Virus record (IMG/VR): IMGVR_UViG_3300025502_000029
Span: 1 to 50,871 of that record
Length of the DNA: 50,871 nucleotides
DNA from: a virus
Taxonomy: Duplodnaviria; Caudoviricetes
Reading direction: 5' to 3' (one strand)
Made by a program: the position numbers and the translations under genes. This document shows, piece by piece, positions 9,082 to 20,156 of this stretch (positions are counted from its first letter, which is position 1; every line of letters begins with the position of its first letter). The notes beneath the pieces are model-generated. The model made no database searches, was not told where the DNA came from, and worked only from the letters and a program-made list of their open reading frames with translations.

Positions 9082-11661
9082 TTAGGTTGTTAGGTATTGG
9101 AAACTGGTATTTGCTACATATATAGCATCGTCTGTAATATAATCATCACCGATAATCAAATCTACTTCCGTTATTCTCCCCTGTGGTGTCGTAACAGTAA
9201 CATCAATTATATCTGTTTTAGTAAACTTTGTAAATAACTTCATTCCGGATGGATGTAATAGTTCTCTATATTCTTTTTCATAAACCTCTGGCGACACATC
9301 TGTATTTATTTCATATGAATAATCCTGGTAGAATAAACTATCCTGAATTACTTTATTGCCATTGATATTTGAAATAAAACTTACCCACTTACCTTCAGTT
9401 AATCCTTGGTCTCTGGATCTTGCAAATCCCACAGAATCTACCCTGCCTTCGTCAATGATAAATAAATCGGTATTTTCTTTAAACCATTCTGTGTTGATCA
9501 GCGGCGGTACAATTACATCATTCCACCTGGAAATAAATCTTACAGGTGCAGTTCCCGCCGCAATTTGCTCGAAGATTGCTGCATCGGCTGATGTGAATTT
9601 TCCAGTCTGATCGATGTCACCATATGAATATCCATCTAATGAAATCGATTTTAAGAATAGATCCAATTCTTCAGATTTACTAGGATCATCTGTTATAACC
9701 TTAAGAACCTCTTCAGTAAATGTGCCACCGTCTGATTGGGGTATTGGTACAACCGGATTTATATTGTCCCGAACTGCTTTTGTAAGATTGTAAATCTCTA
9801 CTGTCGATTCATCAGCATACCCGAAACCACTGTCAATGATATCAATTTCTTCAATTTTACCAGTAATGGTCTCTACTGTACCGTTTATTTTTGCATTTAA
9901 ACCTATAGGTAATGATTCAGTATCCTTTGAAATTGTCAATACAGTTATAGGATTCGGATTACCTAGTTTAAATATAGGCTCTGACAAGATAAATGATTCA
10001 AATGTCAATTGGGTAACATATAGGTTACTACCCTCAATTTTAACTACTCTACCCTTTACTTCAGTGTTTACAGTTCCGCCTACAAATGTTTCAATTGTTT
10101 TAAATTGTCTGATCTCATCACCTTCAAATAAAATTATGCCTGCTACTGGTATAATTCTAATGATTTGATCTCTAAGGTTAAATCTGCTTATGATGTTCTC
10201 CCGCGCGGAAACAAATGTATCGCTGAAGTAATCTATTCCAGGATTTATATTAGAAAGAGATGATATGACACCTAGTGTAAAATCTTCTGGTACGAAAGCT
10301 TCATTTAAAGCAGTAGTTAGTGAAGGTATAACACTGTTAACTCTAGTTCCGCTCATTTCTAGTAGTGCTGGTGGTACTGTGGAATAGTTTAATGAGTCTA
10401 AAGTAACATCAAGATAATTTCCAATACGATCCACAATTATAGAAATATCTTCTGTATCTCTTATAGTACCTATGTCAGCCGCTGCTGTATCATTTGCCTC
10501 AGTTATAAAAACTGGCTCTACCGAGATATTGTCTAATCTATCAATTGTTGCAATTTCAATACCACCCTCAAAGAAATATGTATTTGTCGAGTTTGCGGCT
10601 TCTGGGGTGGATAGATCTAATTTAAGACCTACTGATGTTGAATTTAAGCCTATTACAGATCCAGTTACTAGTGTGCCTTGGCTATTAGTTTGCTGCACTG
10701 TTTCACCTACTATAAACACTACGTCAGTATTCGCTGCTGCTGTTTCTGGGTCAGCAAAAAATAATGTCTGATTTGATAATTCAATAACTGTATTTGCTAA
10801 TGTATAGCCATATCCACCGGACACAATCTGGAAATCAATTTCACCTGATAGCTCCTGTGAAATTTTTGACACCCGACCTTTAGCTCCATAGCCAGTCGGT
10901 GAGCTGATATCTACAATATCACCTATTCTATTACTGCCAGAAACAAGAGCGGTATTGTCGATGTCCACACTTCTAAGGGAACCATATACTCTACCATATG
11001 TTACATCTGGATCTCTGCTGTAGATTATATCAAACCCACTGAAGCGACCGCGAACATCACTAATGAACAAAATAGGTATAGTTGATTTGTTTATCTTGAT
11101 AAAATATATATTATCAACAAAAGCTTCAGCCTGGCTTTTATCGCCGAATATTTTCTTATTTGCAATATCTTTAAATACGGCTTTATTATCTACCGCATAA
11201 AGTTGAATAAAGGTACCAACATTCCATTGTGATGAAGAAGGCTTGAATATATCTTCTGATGGGTAATATATCTCGACTTCAGTATCAAAGAATAATTTAA
11301 AGAATAACTCAATACCTTCCTTAGAGCCTTTTCTTCTATAAAGATCTAATATATTTTTTACTAGGAATCTAGTATCTTCTTCAAGAAAAAGACCATTCAT
11401 ATATTTGTTCTTGAAGAAGATTAACATTCTATCAAGTGTTGTATCTATGTTTCTGTAATCATATATTCTTCTAATATTATATGATGATTGGTTTGTTTGC
11501 GTCTCAAGGAACTCATAATAGGATTTTACGAGCTCAATTAGATCTCTGCCCTCTTCTCTGTATATTGCAGGAAATTGATTTTCTACAAAAAATGATGTTA
11601 TTTTTGATTCTGATAATGCATAATCTGCAAGTCTAACATCGTTTATATCTTCTATTATCAT
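9082..11661 (-). CDS. Baseplate wedge protein, gp7-like
   Basis: QFPAIYRE...YYEFLE, LYRRKGSKEGIELFFKLFF and IQDSLFYQDYSYEI...LLHPSGMKLF motifs; lies between gp6 and gp8. Confidence 0.7.
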   Translation of the reverse strand: MIIEDINDVRLADYALSESKITSFFVENQFPAIYREEGRDLIELVKSYYEFLETQTNQSSYNIRRIYDYRNIDTTLDRMLIFFKNKYMNGLFLEEDTRFLVKNILDLYRRKGSKEGIELFFKLFFDTEVEIYYPSEDIFKPSSSQWNVGTFIQLYAVDNKAVFKDIANKKIFGDKSQAEAFVDNIYFIKINKSTIPILFISDVRGRFSGFDIIYSRDPDVTYGRVYGSLRSVDIDNTALVSGSNRIGDIVDISSPTGYGAKGRVSKISQELSGEIDFQIVSGGYGYTLANTVIELSNQTLFFADPETAAANTDVVFIVGETVQQTNSQGTLVTGSVIGLNSTSVGLKLDLSTPEAANSTNTYFFEGGIEIATIDRLDNISVEPVFITEANDTAAADIGTIRDTEDISIIVDRIGNYLDVTLDSLNYSTVPPALLEMSGTRVNSVIPSLTTALNEAFVPEDFTLGVISSLSNINPGIDYFSDTFVSARENIISRFNLRDQIIRIIPVAGIILFEGDEIRQFKTIETFVGGTVNTEVKGRVVKIEGSNLYVTQLTFESFILSEPIFKLGNPNPITVLTISKDTESLPIGLNAKINGTVETITGKIEEIDIIDSGFGYADESTVEIYNLTKAVRDNINPVVPIPQSDGGTFTEEVLKVITDDPSKSEELDLFLKSISLDGYSYGDIDQTGKFTSADAAIFEQIAAGTAPVRFISRWNDVIVPPLINTEWFKENTDLFIIDEGRVDSVGFARSRDQGLTEGKWVSFISNINGNKVIQDSLFYQDYSYEINTDVSPEVYEKEYRELLHPSGMKLFTKFTKTDIIDVTVTTPQGRITEVDLIIGDDYITDDAIYVANTSFQYLTT

Positions 11662-13442
11662 TTACTAGACTCTATTACATTTATGTTAACATCTTCGTCA
11701 CGAAGCATAAGAACTCTTACCTTAGGAGCAGAAACATTTCTTTCTTTTGTATTTGCTGACACCCTAATACCATTGTCTTGATAGGAATCTACTATAAAAT
11801 CAGATAGACGCGCAATACCTCTTTCATAATCAACGGTGCCTGCTTTTCGCCTGATAATTTCAAATATACCTTCAGCTCTTCTGCTGGCATTTATGATGTT
11901 AATTTCACCCAGACCGTTGTCTTCAAAAATTGCATTTGTGCCCTCGTAAACAAAAACACTGCTGCGTATAAATGAGTTGTAGCTTTCAGTTCTATTTGCT
12001 TGTGCAAATCTACATGGACTTTCTAGTGAGGATCCAAAGTCGAAAATAGGGTTATCTTTTAGATTAAATTGCGGTGAATATAGAATGTATGGAGTAGCAT
12101 CCATTGTATTACTTGAAATTGCTATATTACTTTCATCTATTAATGAAGAAACTCTTGACACTTCTAATACCGCGCCGAATTTTTCAAGTGTAGAGATATT
12201 ATATTCACGCAATACATCGCGGACTGCATGCTCAAGTTGATCCTTGGATTGAGTAGTTTGATTTTGCGAATAGAATACATTGATGACAAGAGACACATAC
12301 ATAAATGTTGGGGGAATAAAGATCGGCTGAATTGCAACCGGTGTCTTATCTCGCAAATATTCTTCATATGTTGCCGCAGCAACATCAGACAAACCACCAT
12401 CTAGATTTACTGCAATTGCAACTTTTCCGAAGCGCGGTGGGTCTAATTCATCACCACCGAATACTGAAATATCTCTAATCTCATTAAACCGTTGTTTCAA
12501 AAGAACTTCATAGTCGCGTGACGTAACTGCGCGCTCCTGTATCTGAATTGACCGAGGTGCAAAAAACTTTATATCCTCTAGTGATTCCTTTTCGGCGCCG
12601 CCAATTGCATTTGATGTAGTAATAACCGGTGCATTTTGTCTAAACGATGTAGAGAACCTACAAGCGCCATTAGCTTCAATTCCGCTTGAAATTCTATAGA
12701 AAACTCGTATCTGCTCATTTTCCGCTGGAGTTCTACCGAATCTATTATTGCCGAATAAAACCTCGTATGTTCCATCAAAGCTTGGTTCAATGTAAAATAC
12801 AGCATCTTCAGATTGAACACCAAACACATCGCCCTTGTACACATATTCGATACGATCTAGTGGCTGATCAAATGACTCGAAAACCTTTATGCTTGATGTA
12901 TCGATATTTTGATTTAACAGTCTGATTGATTTTCTGTTTCCAGTAATTAGAAAAGCTTCATCTAACAATTCACCTTCAAATATTTCAATTCCGGAGGCTA
13001 CAAAAACACCAGCAGATGTTCGTCTTGCAATGTATGTCTGATTAGTAAAGAAATTAAATCTTGCACCCTCATGTGTCGTAGAAAATCTTGTATTTTCTGG
13101 AATTGCAATTGTGGATGCCGTTTCGGTTAGATCATTAATTGTTACTGTAACTACTGCCTTTGCCGATTTCGCAGATCTGGGCAGATAATTTAATTCTTTT
13201 GCATGAGATACAACTGAATTTTCCATTTGAGCACTATCAAGAAACATCTCCGAGATTGCCATGTTTGTATAAAAGTTGTTTTGATAAGTATTGTATGCAA
13301 GCACATCAAGTAATACTGACATGTTGGAGCCTTCAAAGTCAAAATCTTTGAAGCGACCAGCGGGGTCGGCTCTTAGGTAATCTTTTAGCTGAGTTTTTAC
13401 TCTAAAGAAGTCTAACTCTGTGATTGGTGTCTTCAATGCCAT
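11658..13442 (-). CDS. 6: Baseplate wedge subunit gp6
   Basis: ITELDF, FKDFDFEGSNMSVLLDVLAYNT, EMFLDSAQ and QERAVTSRDY motifs. Confidence 0.92.
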   Translation of the reverse strand: MALKTPITELDFFRVKTQLKDYLRADPAGRFKDFDFEGSNMSVLLDVLAYNTYQNNFYTNMAISEMFLDSAQMENSVVSHAKELNYLPRSAKSAKAVVTVTINDLTETASTIAIPENTRFSTTHEGARFNFFTNQTYIARRTSAGVFVASGIEIFEGELLDEAFLITGNRKSIRLLNQNIDTSSIKVFESFDQPLDRIEYVYKGDVFGVQSEDAVFYIEPSFDGTYEVLFGNNRFGRTPAENEQIRVFYRISSGIEANGACRFSTSFRQNAPVITTSNAIGGAEKESLEDIKFFAPRSIQIQERAVTSRDYEVLLKQRFNEIRDISVFGGDELDPPRFGKVAIAVNLDGGLSDVAAATYEEYLRDKTPVAIQPIFIPPTFMYVSLVINVFYSQNQTTQSKDQLEHAVRDVLREYNISTLEKFGAVLEVSRVSSLIDESNIAISSNTMDATPYILYSPQFNLKDNPIFDFGSSLESPCRFAQANRTESYNSFIRSSVFVYEGTNAIFEDNGLGEINIINASRRAEGIFEIIRRKAGTVDYERGIARLSDFIVDSYQDNGIRVSANTKERNVSAPKVRVLMLRDEDVNINVIESSK

Positions 13443-13446
13443 TTTC

Positions 13447-13887
13447 TTACCTTACTCGCTCTATAAACACAGTAACTGATATAGGATCTTCGCTATTCTT
13501 TACATAAAAGTATATAGTAACTTGTACTCTATTATCATCATATATAGAAGTAACATCAACATCAATTAGTGATACCCTAGGTTCAAAGTTATTTATAACA
13601 TCTCTTATGCGTTCTTCTAAAATCTTTAATGTAACTGGAGTTGCATTTTCAAATAAGGAAGCTCTTACATCAGATCCAAGATTTGGTTGAAATAGTCTCT
13701 CACCTCTGTCGGTAAGTATTAAATTTTTTAATGATTCTTTTATGGACTCTTCGTTTGTCTTTAATGCGATATCAGCCGACAAAGGATTAATGGTAAGATT
13801 TTTATGAAAATCGGTATAGATTATCCGCTTTCTTCTAAGCGGGGATACTCTAGGTATTGGGCTGAATGGATCATTTAATGTAGACAT
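13447..13887 (-). CDS. 25: Baseplate wedge subunit gp25
   Basis: SIKESLKNLILTDRGERLFQPNLGS...FEPRV motif. Confidence 0.92.
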   Translation of the reverse strand: MSTLNDPFSPIPRVSPLRRKRIIYTDFHKNLTINPLSADIALKTNEESIKESLKNLILTDRGERLFQPNLGSDVRASLFENATPVTLKILEERIRDVINNFEPRVSLIDVDVTSIYDDNRVQVTIYFYVKNSEDPISVTVFIERVR

Positions 13888-13892
13888 TGGTT

Positions 13893-16115
13893 TTAATTTC
13901 CTTTAGTGCCCGCAGGACCAGATAAGTTATAATAGTTGAAATTTCCCCATGCTCTAGTACTTCCTGTGTCAATGTGAGTAAATGTTCCGTATGAACCAAA
14001 CCCTCTAAAACCTACTTGATATGCAAGGTTCATAAATTGTATCTGATTTGATCTGCCTGAGATACTACAATCAAATGCCTTTCCGGCAAAATGTTGACCT
14101 CTTCTACCGGTTCCACGCCCATATATTGCTTCTTGTGCTTGAATGTTTCTATATGCGCTATTTATAATTATTGTTTGACCCCATCTGGTTGCAAGTAAGT
14201 ATAGCATATATAGTGCATCTACATCTACTCCGCCACCTACAGACTTCGGAGTAAAACCTGCTTTACCGGATAAACTAGATGCCGGCCCAGGATTATATCG
14301 CACACCGTTTCTGCCTGCAATTGCATCGTCATAAGAAGGAAATTGATAACCCGATGGCAATTTTGGTGTAGGGCCATAACCGTCATACGGCACAGTACCT
14401 TGGGGTACATTCGCAATTCCGCCATTAGCTGTAGTTGCAGGTATCAAGCCAGACTGCCTAGAAGCATCTGATCTTGCTTGAGTATCAAATCTAGTCGCGC
14501 CACCATTTATTGCTTTTAGTGTATTGTTATTGCCGGCAGCAGATAAAATTCTATCTGTTTCTCTGAATTGGGTGTGCACTCTTTCTAATGGCTTTGCTGA
14601 TTGATCAAATAATCGCTCTACTTCTCTTGCAAGGCCACCGAATCTTAGAACTACAAAATCAACTTCTTCCTTTTTAGGATCTCTATATCTTTCTGACGCA
14701 ATCACAATCTGGCCCTGTATCACAATCTTCATCTGATCAGCTGTTTCATCACTTGCTGCTTTTTCTGTTGATGCAACTAACCCAGCATTTTTACTATAGA
14801 TAGGACCCATATTAAAATTAAAATTGTTATTAAGTAATTCCGATGTAAAAAAATACAATTTTGATTTCAACTGCGATGAAGAATTATCAACTACTGAAGA
14901 TAACTGTTGCTCTAGATTATTCAAAACACCAACCGCTGCAAACGCACGCATTAATTCTCTGGTATTATCTAAATCAATTTCTAATAGCAATCCCATCTGC
15001 TTCGATGTTTTCCCAAGTGTTGAGAATGTATCTGATAAATCCCCGTTCATAGTTTGTTTTACCAAAGTGCTTATCTCCTGTGTTCTTGCAGGATTTGAAA
15101 CCGACACACTTTCGGCTTCTGCATATAGGCTTATAGTAAGATTATCAAACGTAGTTGAAACATTAACATAATCACTGTACATTTTTGTATTTAATTGTGC
15201 GGTAAGATTAGAAAGTTGAGTTAATTGTGATAATATTGAATTAATACTAATTTTCGAGATTGGGCATGTGCCGTCTTTATTAATATCCTTTACACTCTCT
15301 ATGAATGAGATGATATTGTTTACAATAGATATTAACTGTATTGCTTCTGCAAGACCGAAATCCGATGCAAAAATACCACCTAAAGAAGCAATAACGGTTT
15401 GTATACTCTGCTGGATATTTAATAATAATTCCTGTGCAGTTTGTATTAGTGCTATTATGTCCTGAATCAAATTAAGCAGATTGCTAAGTTTCGCACCTAT
15501 TGAGTTTATAAATGCAGAAAATTTGTCAACAAAGCTACCTGCATTGTTAAATGGGTCTGTTTGCCCAACAGTTTTGGAGTAAACATTATTAACCGTAAAA
15601 CATGAACCAACTATATCAATTCCGTTGTTTCCTAAATTTTCAAGATACTTTTCAGTAAGCCTAAAAATGCTTATAGGGCTCAACCGTACTTGTACTTCCA
15701 CCGTTCTTGGATTCAGACCGTTGGATGTAATAATTTCAGATACTTCCGCACTTGTCAAGTCACTTAATCTAACGCGTCTGTCGATATAAGGAAAATCAGA
15801 ATCAAATGTTCTGAGTTCTGTTCTTCTTTGATTGTCTATAGTTTGAGTGATATGCTGCGGTATTGATATTATCGGCCCAAAAGCTGTTGTAGTTCCAGGG
15901 CGGTCAAGTGTCTCTGATCCTTGCAATTTTGATATTGCAAGGTTATTTCGTGTATTTCTATACTTTTTAATTTCGCTATTAATGGCAGCTGTATTTTTAT
16001 TTAACAGCTCCGCATCTATATTGCCCACACCTAAGGGCACCGATAGCAATTGTTCAGATGCTGCCTGTAAGCTTTGAACTAACTCTTCGGAATATTTGCA
16101 ATCATTTATGGTCAT
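13893..16115 (-). CDS. Long helical virion protein with C-terminal peptidase M15 (Zn D-Ala-D-Ala peptidase-like) domain
   Basis: C-terminal INSAYRN...QHFAGKAFD...GFRGFGSYGTFTHIDTG (H-x6-D...HxD zinc ligands). Confidence 0.75.
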   Translation of the reverse strand: MTINDCKYSEELVQSLQAASEQLLSVPLGVGNIDAELLNKNTAAINSEIKKYRNTRNNLAISKLQGSETLDRPGTTTAFGPIISIPQHITQTIDNQRRTELRTFDSDFPYIDRRVRLSDLTSAEVSEIITSNGLNPRTVEVQVRLSPISIFRLTEKYLENLGNNGIDIVGSCFTVNNVYSKTVGQTDPFNNAGSFVDKFSAFINSIGAKLSNLLNLIQDIIALIQTAQELLLNIQQSIQTVIASLGGIFASDFGLAEAIQLISIVNNIISFIESVKDINKDGTCPISKISINSILSQLTQLSNLTAQLNTKMYSDYVNVSTTFDNLTISLYAEAESVSVSNPARTQEISTLVKQTMNGDLSDTFSTLGKTSKQMGLLLEIDLDNTRELMRAFAAVGVLNNLEQQLSSVVDNSSSQLKSKLYFFTSELLNNNFNFNMGPIYSKNAGLVASTEKAASDETADQMKIVIQGQIVIASERYRDPKKEEVDFVVLRFGGLAREVERLFDQSAKPLERVHTQFRETDRILSAAGNNNTLKAINGGATRFDTQARSDASRQSGLIPATTANGGIANVPQGTVPYDGYGPTPKLPSGYQFPSYDDAIAGRNGVRYNPGPASSLSGKAGFTPKSVGGGVDVDALYMLYLLATRWGQTIIINSAYRNIQAQEAIYGRGTGRRGQHFAGKAFDCSISGRSNQIQFMNLAYQVGFRGFGSYGTFTHIDTGSTRAWGNFNYYNLSGPAGTKGN

Positions 16116-16132
16116 TAGATTATAAGTATCCT

Positions 16133-18430
16133 CTATGCAAAACTTGTCTGGTCAGGTGATATTATTGATCTTACGGGCGGCTCAGCTACACCATCCTGCT
16201 CTGGCGTTGTTGCTTCAATTGGTAGTTCTGCATCCTCTGCACTCTCCGATGAGTTAGCTGGATCATATTTAAATTCGGGTGCTTCGATTTTCTCCTTAAC
16301 CTCAGCAGCTATAGCACCGTTATTTGCTAGCTGCACGATATCATCAACATAAACTATAGGTGCACGGACATGCACATTACCATCACCAGTTAATCTTAAT
16401 TCAGATCCTGCATTAGCATGTAATGAGCCACCGCCAGAATCAAGGAACATAGTGGACGATTTAACCGAAAGTATTCCACTGGAATTTATGTTTGTAGTCG
16501 TCTTCGAATCTAAAATCATTGTGGATTCTGAACTCAGTGACATGAAACTTTGAGAATTCATTACTATAGCCTGTCCGGCATTTATACGCAGATTACCTTT
16601 TGACTGCAACGAAATAGCACCTTCACCTGAATTTAAATATAGATTTTGGTTAGGGCTCATGAAAATATTACCCTTGGATTTTACATGAACACTATCATCG
16701 GATTGTAGATATATACCCTGAGCACCTGTGATGCTAGTCCATTCTCCACCCAATCGAACATTTTTGGATTTCATGTTTATAGAATCAGTTGATTGCATTA
16801 CTATATTTTTTGCCGTTCTGATATTTAAATTTTCTACATTTGCATCTATTCCTATAGAAGCACTTCTGATATCAGTTCGGTCGGCGCCGTTTAGTTCAAT
16901 TTTACCTGCACTACCTATCATAATATTGCCATGAACAATTTGCTTATAATCACCTTGAATTTCTTCGATCTTGTTTCCCTTTACTAGAACATGACAGTCG
17001 CCATCTATAGTAACAAGGTTATTGCCACGAATATAAACATGGTGGTTTCTCTCATGGATATCATATGTATCACTTACATTCTTATGTGTTGTACTTGTTG
17101 CTGCTATTTGGATATATGAACCATTTTGATGCCATATCATAATTCGCTCGGCACCTGGTGTATCATCCAACTCGACCGAGTGGCCGGCAGCTGTTTCGAT
17201 TACTCTGTTATATGGATACTGCGCGGCATATGCTGACGGCGGTTCCTCCCACGAATTTGTTTCAACCTCCGGTGCTGGTGTAGAGTCCATGTATCCAGCA
17301 TACGGCTCACTTGATGCAACTTGAGTACCAGCAACGGCTGTGGGCTGACTACTACCATCTTTACTTGGTGGGTTTTTTCTAGTGTAATATGCATTTATAC
17401 TATTTACAGTAATTCGACCGTCAGTACCTCGCCAGCCTGGATTATTGCGCCAAGCGGAAGAATTTATCGGATATACCTCGGTATTACCGGAAGATGATGC
17501 AAACGCGGGGGCGGCTTGCATAACACCTAGACCCGATGTATTTTCAAAATTCCATCTATCTAGATACTTGTCATAAACCTTTAGTTGTTCTGCCGGGGCT
17601 AATTGAGCAACTGACTGCGGAGTGTAGCTTGTACCGTTTTGTTGGTTTATATCATTCAGCGCATCAGCACCAAGCTGGAAGAAACCGGCATATCCAAATC
17701 TGTTTATTACAGATGGATTATAGCTGCTTTCACCTGCAATAATACCATAAACTTGCTCTCTAGTAACACCGTGTCTTTGCCGTATGATTGATAGTTCTCT
17801 TTGGAAATCTGGGTCCGAATCTAGTGCATCTATTTTTGCTTGTGTGCTAGCATTTGTCGTTGATCTAGAACCAGCTGATTGGCCCTCATTCTCACCTAAA
17901 TCATTTTCCCAAGCATTTCCGTTACCTATGCTATTATGGTTTTTAATCTTACCCCCACCGATAGCAATATCACGGGCTCTATTTGTTTCTAATGCTTCAT
18001 TGTATGTTTCATTCAGGAATTCACCCGATGCAAGTTTTGATATAGGTGATAACCCAAGATCTCTTGGCCGAGAGCCCTGAGCCTGTCTGTCGTAGTTATC
18101 TAATGGTATCGCACCCCAACCCGTTGTTGCAGGATCAATTACGGCTGTCAACTGTGTAGGTATCAAGCCTAGTATCATCGGCTGTTGTGCATCACGACCA
18201 TCAATAAAGAAACCAAATACCCAAGCATTAAGCGGAGGTATGTTGAAATTAACATCATGGCTTCCTATAATTAATGTTGCCCACGGCAAATCTTCTGTGG
18301 GTACATCTTGATTGGAACCGTGTACACCAAATGCTCTTACCTGTACTCTACCTTCCGCTCTAGGGTCATCTCTGTTTTCGATAACACCTACAAAGAAAAG
18401 TGGTTGAATAAATCCTAAACCTGTGTCCAT
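16133..18430 (-). CDS. 5: Baseplate hub/puncturing protein gp5 with lytic transglycosylase-like domain
   Basis: OB-fold FFVGVIENRDDP..GRVQVRAFGVH..LPWA; GESSYNP...GFFQL domain; YPYNRVIETAAGHSVELDDTPGAERI; beta-helix repeats. Confidence 0.88.
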   Translation of the reverse strand: MDTGLGFIQPLFFVGVIENRDDPRAEGRVQVRAFGVHGSNQDVPTEDLPWATLIIGSHDVNFNIPPLNAWVFGFFIDGRDAQQPMILGLIPTQLTAVIDPATTGWGAIPLDNYDRQAQGSRPRDLGLSPISKLASGEFLNETYNEALETNRARDIAIGGGKIKNHNSIGNGNAWENDLGENEGQSAGSRSTTNASTQAKIDALDSDPDFQRELSIIRQRHGVTREQVYGIIAGESSYNPSVINRFGYAGFFQLGADALNDINQQNGTSYTPQSVAQLAPAEQLKVYDKYLDRWNFENTSGLGVMQAAPAFASSSGNTEVYPINSSAWRNNPGWRGTDGRITVNSINAYYTRKNPPSKDGSSQPTAVAGTQVASSEPYAGYMDSTPAPEVETNSWEEPPSAYAAQYPYNRVIETAAGHSVELDDTPGAERIMIWHQNGSYIQIAATSTTHKNVSDTYDIHERNHHVYIRGNNLVTIDGDCHVLVKGNKIEEIQGDYKQIVHGNIMIGSAGKIELNGADRTDIRSASIGIDANVENLNIRTAKNIVMQSTDSINMKSKNVRLGGEWTSITGAQGIYLQSDDSVHVKSKGNIFMSPNQNLYLNSGEGAISLQSKGNLRINAGQAIVMNSQSFMSLSSESTMILDSKTTTNINSSGILSVKSSTMFLDSGGGSLHANAGSELRLTGDGNVHVRAPIVYVDDIVQLANNGAIAAEVKEKIEAPEFKYDPANSSESAEDAELPIEATTPEQDGVAEPPVRSIISPDQTSFA

Positions 18431-19908
18431 TATCTTCCGCCCCTAGATCTTCTTATATCAATTGCTTGGGACCAATCCTTTTTAATTAACACATAGTAAT
18501 TTTTCATTTCTTCCTGCTCCATAATATGATTAACTGATTTAACAATATACTTACCGCTCAAGTGCTTATTTTGCTCAGGCTCGCTTGAACTTTTGCCATC
18601 TGGTTGTTGAAACTTTTTTACATCTAGATCAATAATGTCACCAGCTGTAATGTCAAGCCTGCCCGGACCTGTTGCATTTACAGTTATACTTTCGATATGT
18701 TTTGAATATGCTTGTCTGTTTGATATAATTTCGGAATAATATGTTTCAGCAGTCAAAGCACTTTGGTCCTCGGAATTTTCTCTATTTTTATCATAGTTTA
18801 CTATAACAAGAAACCGCTTTTGTATATCTTCATCACGACCACTAGATGAAAGTGCTCTATGGGATTCGTCAATGAACTGTCTTGTGTGTCTATCTTCTAA
18901 CTGCTGGAATGCTTTAACATCAAAATACTTTCTTCTATTCACAAAGTAATTATACTGACCATCTTCATTGAGTAGGTTTGTTTGTCTTCTTAAGATATCA
19001 AGTTCGATTACTTTATTGCGATATGCCCCATTATATAGATCATCAAGACTGTTTACTCTATGTGTGTTATCAATTGTTTCTATATTATTAAGTTGAAGAT
19101 CAAAGTTATCCAATGTATCTGGTATTGCATCAAGAAATGTAAACTCAAATAGCCTTGTTGGGTCATAATCTGGGTCAGTAATATCCTCTGACATTCTAAA
19201 TAAATGCTCGTCTGTAACGAAATGGTAACCACGTGACGACTCAAAGAATCTATAGGTGCAAGATGGACTTTCAGATGCAGAATATGCTCTTCTGGAAAGA
19301 AATTGCATTGCTTCTTCCGGTCTCATTCTTGGGATAACACATCTTGTTCTGCCATTGGTTTCTTCTACTATCAATTTTCTTTTTTGATCTGCCGATAAAA
19401 ATGTATCAGCTACATTATCAAAGTAATCGTTAAAAATATTTCTGGCGATATCCGAGACTTGGACATCGCGAAAGGGTCTAACTACCTGATATGTGCCTGC
19501 CTGATAAGATTGATATGAAATAAAGTGTATATCGTATTGTAAACCGTCATTTGTATCTTTAGTAGAAACATTATCAATTTTGTATATAAACCCTACGAAC
19601 CGATACGGTTCTGATACTATACCACTAGTGACTCCTCCATTTTCATTTATTAATCTAGAATCTGCAATCTCCAATATGATTTGTTCCTCACCACGTAAAG
19701 GAGGATTTTCATCTATACCTTCCAATAGACCAACAGAATCAATAATCCTAGCTGTTCCGTACATTGTTTCGCTATCAATAGATGATGTTATGCTAAACGA
19801 TGGGATTAAGACAGTAATATCAAGATCAATTTGAGTTGGAGTAAATTCAAATCTTAATGTTGCTTTTTGAAGATTATAGTATGTAGGATTTACAAATGTC
19901 TTACTCAT
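18430..19908 (-). CDS. Baseplate hub protein (gp27-like)
   Basis: YRFFESSRGYHF, PGRLDITAGDII and LSGKYIVKSVNH motifs; immediately upstream of gp5. Confidence 0.65.
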   Translation of the reverse strand: MSKTFVNPTYYNLQKATLRFEFTPTQIDLDITVLIPSFSITSSIDSETMYGTARIIDSVGLLEGIDENPPLRGEEQIILEIADSRLINENGGVTSGIVSEPYRFVGFIYKIDNVSTKDTNDGLQYDIHFISYQSYQAGTYQVVRPFRDVQVSDIARNIFNDYFDNVADTFLSADQKRKLIVEETNGRTRCVIPRMRPEEAMQFLSRRAYSASESPSCTYRFFESSRGYHFVTDEHLFRMSEDITDPDYDPTRLFEFTFLDAIPDTLDNFDLQLNNIETIDNTHRVNSLDDLYNGAYRNKVIELDILRRQTNLLNEDGQYNYFVNRRKYFDVKAFQQLEDRHTRQFIDESHRALSSSGRDEDIQKRFLVIVNYDKNRENSEDQSALTAETYYSEIISNRQAYSKHIESITVNATGPGRLDITAGDIIDLDVKKFQQPDGKSSSEPEQNKHLSGKYIVKSVNHIMEQEEMKNYYVLIKKDWSQAIDIRRSRGGR

Positions 19909-20156
19909 TCACGAAGCGACCTTCTAAATTCCTCTACTACCTGATTGCGATGTAATTTATCGATCAATATAATTTCTCTTTTATTTTCGTTTATCTGTTT
20001 TTCGTATTCATAAACTCTAATAGGTCTCCATTCCTCAGGTATTATCTGACGAATTGTCATTCTTCTACCTTCCTCAGTTACTATAATAACCTCATCTTCT
20101 CTGCGCAGGAAAAGTGTTCTAAATGACTCAGGGCTAATTCTTACTACATCAACCAT
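19905..20156 (-). CDS. C-terminal portion of baseplate wedge gp53, encoded as a separate ORF
   Basis: ATG at 20156 with AAGGA 8 nt upstream; WRPIRVYEYEKQINENKREIILID...EEFRRSL matches the usual gp53 C-terminus. Confidence 0.65.
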   Translation of the reverse strand: MVDVVRISPESFRTLFLRREDEVIIVTEEGRRMTIRQIIPEEWRPIRVYEYEKQINENKREIILIDKLHRNQVVEEFRRSLRE

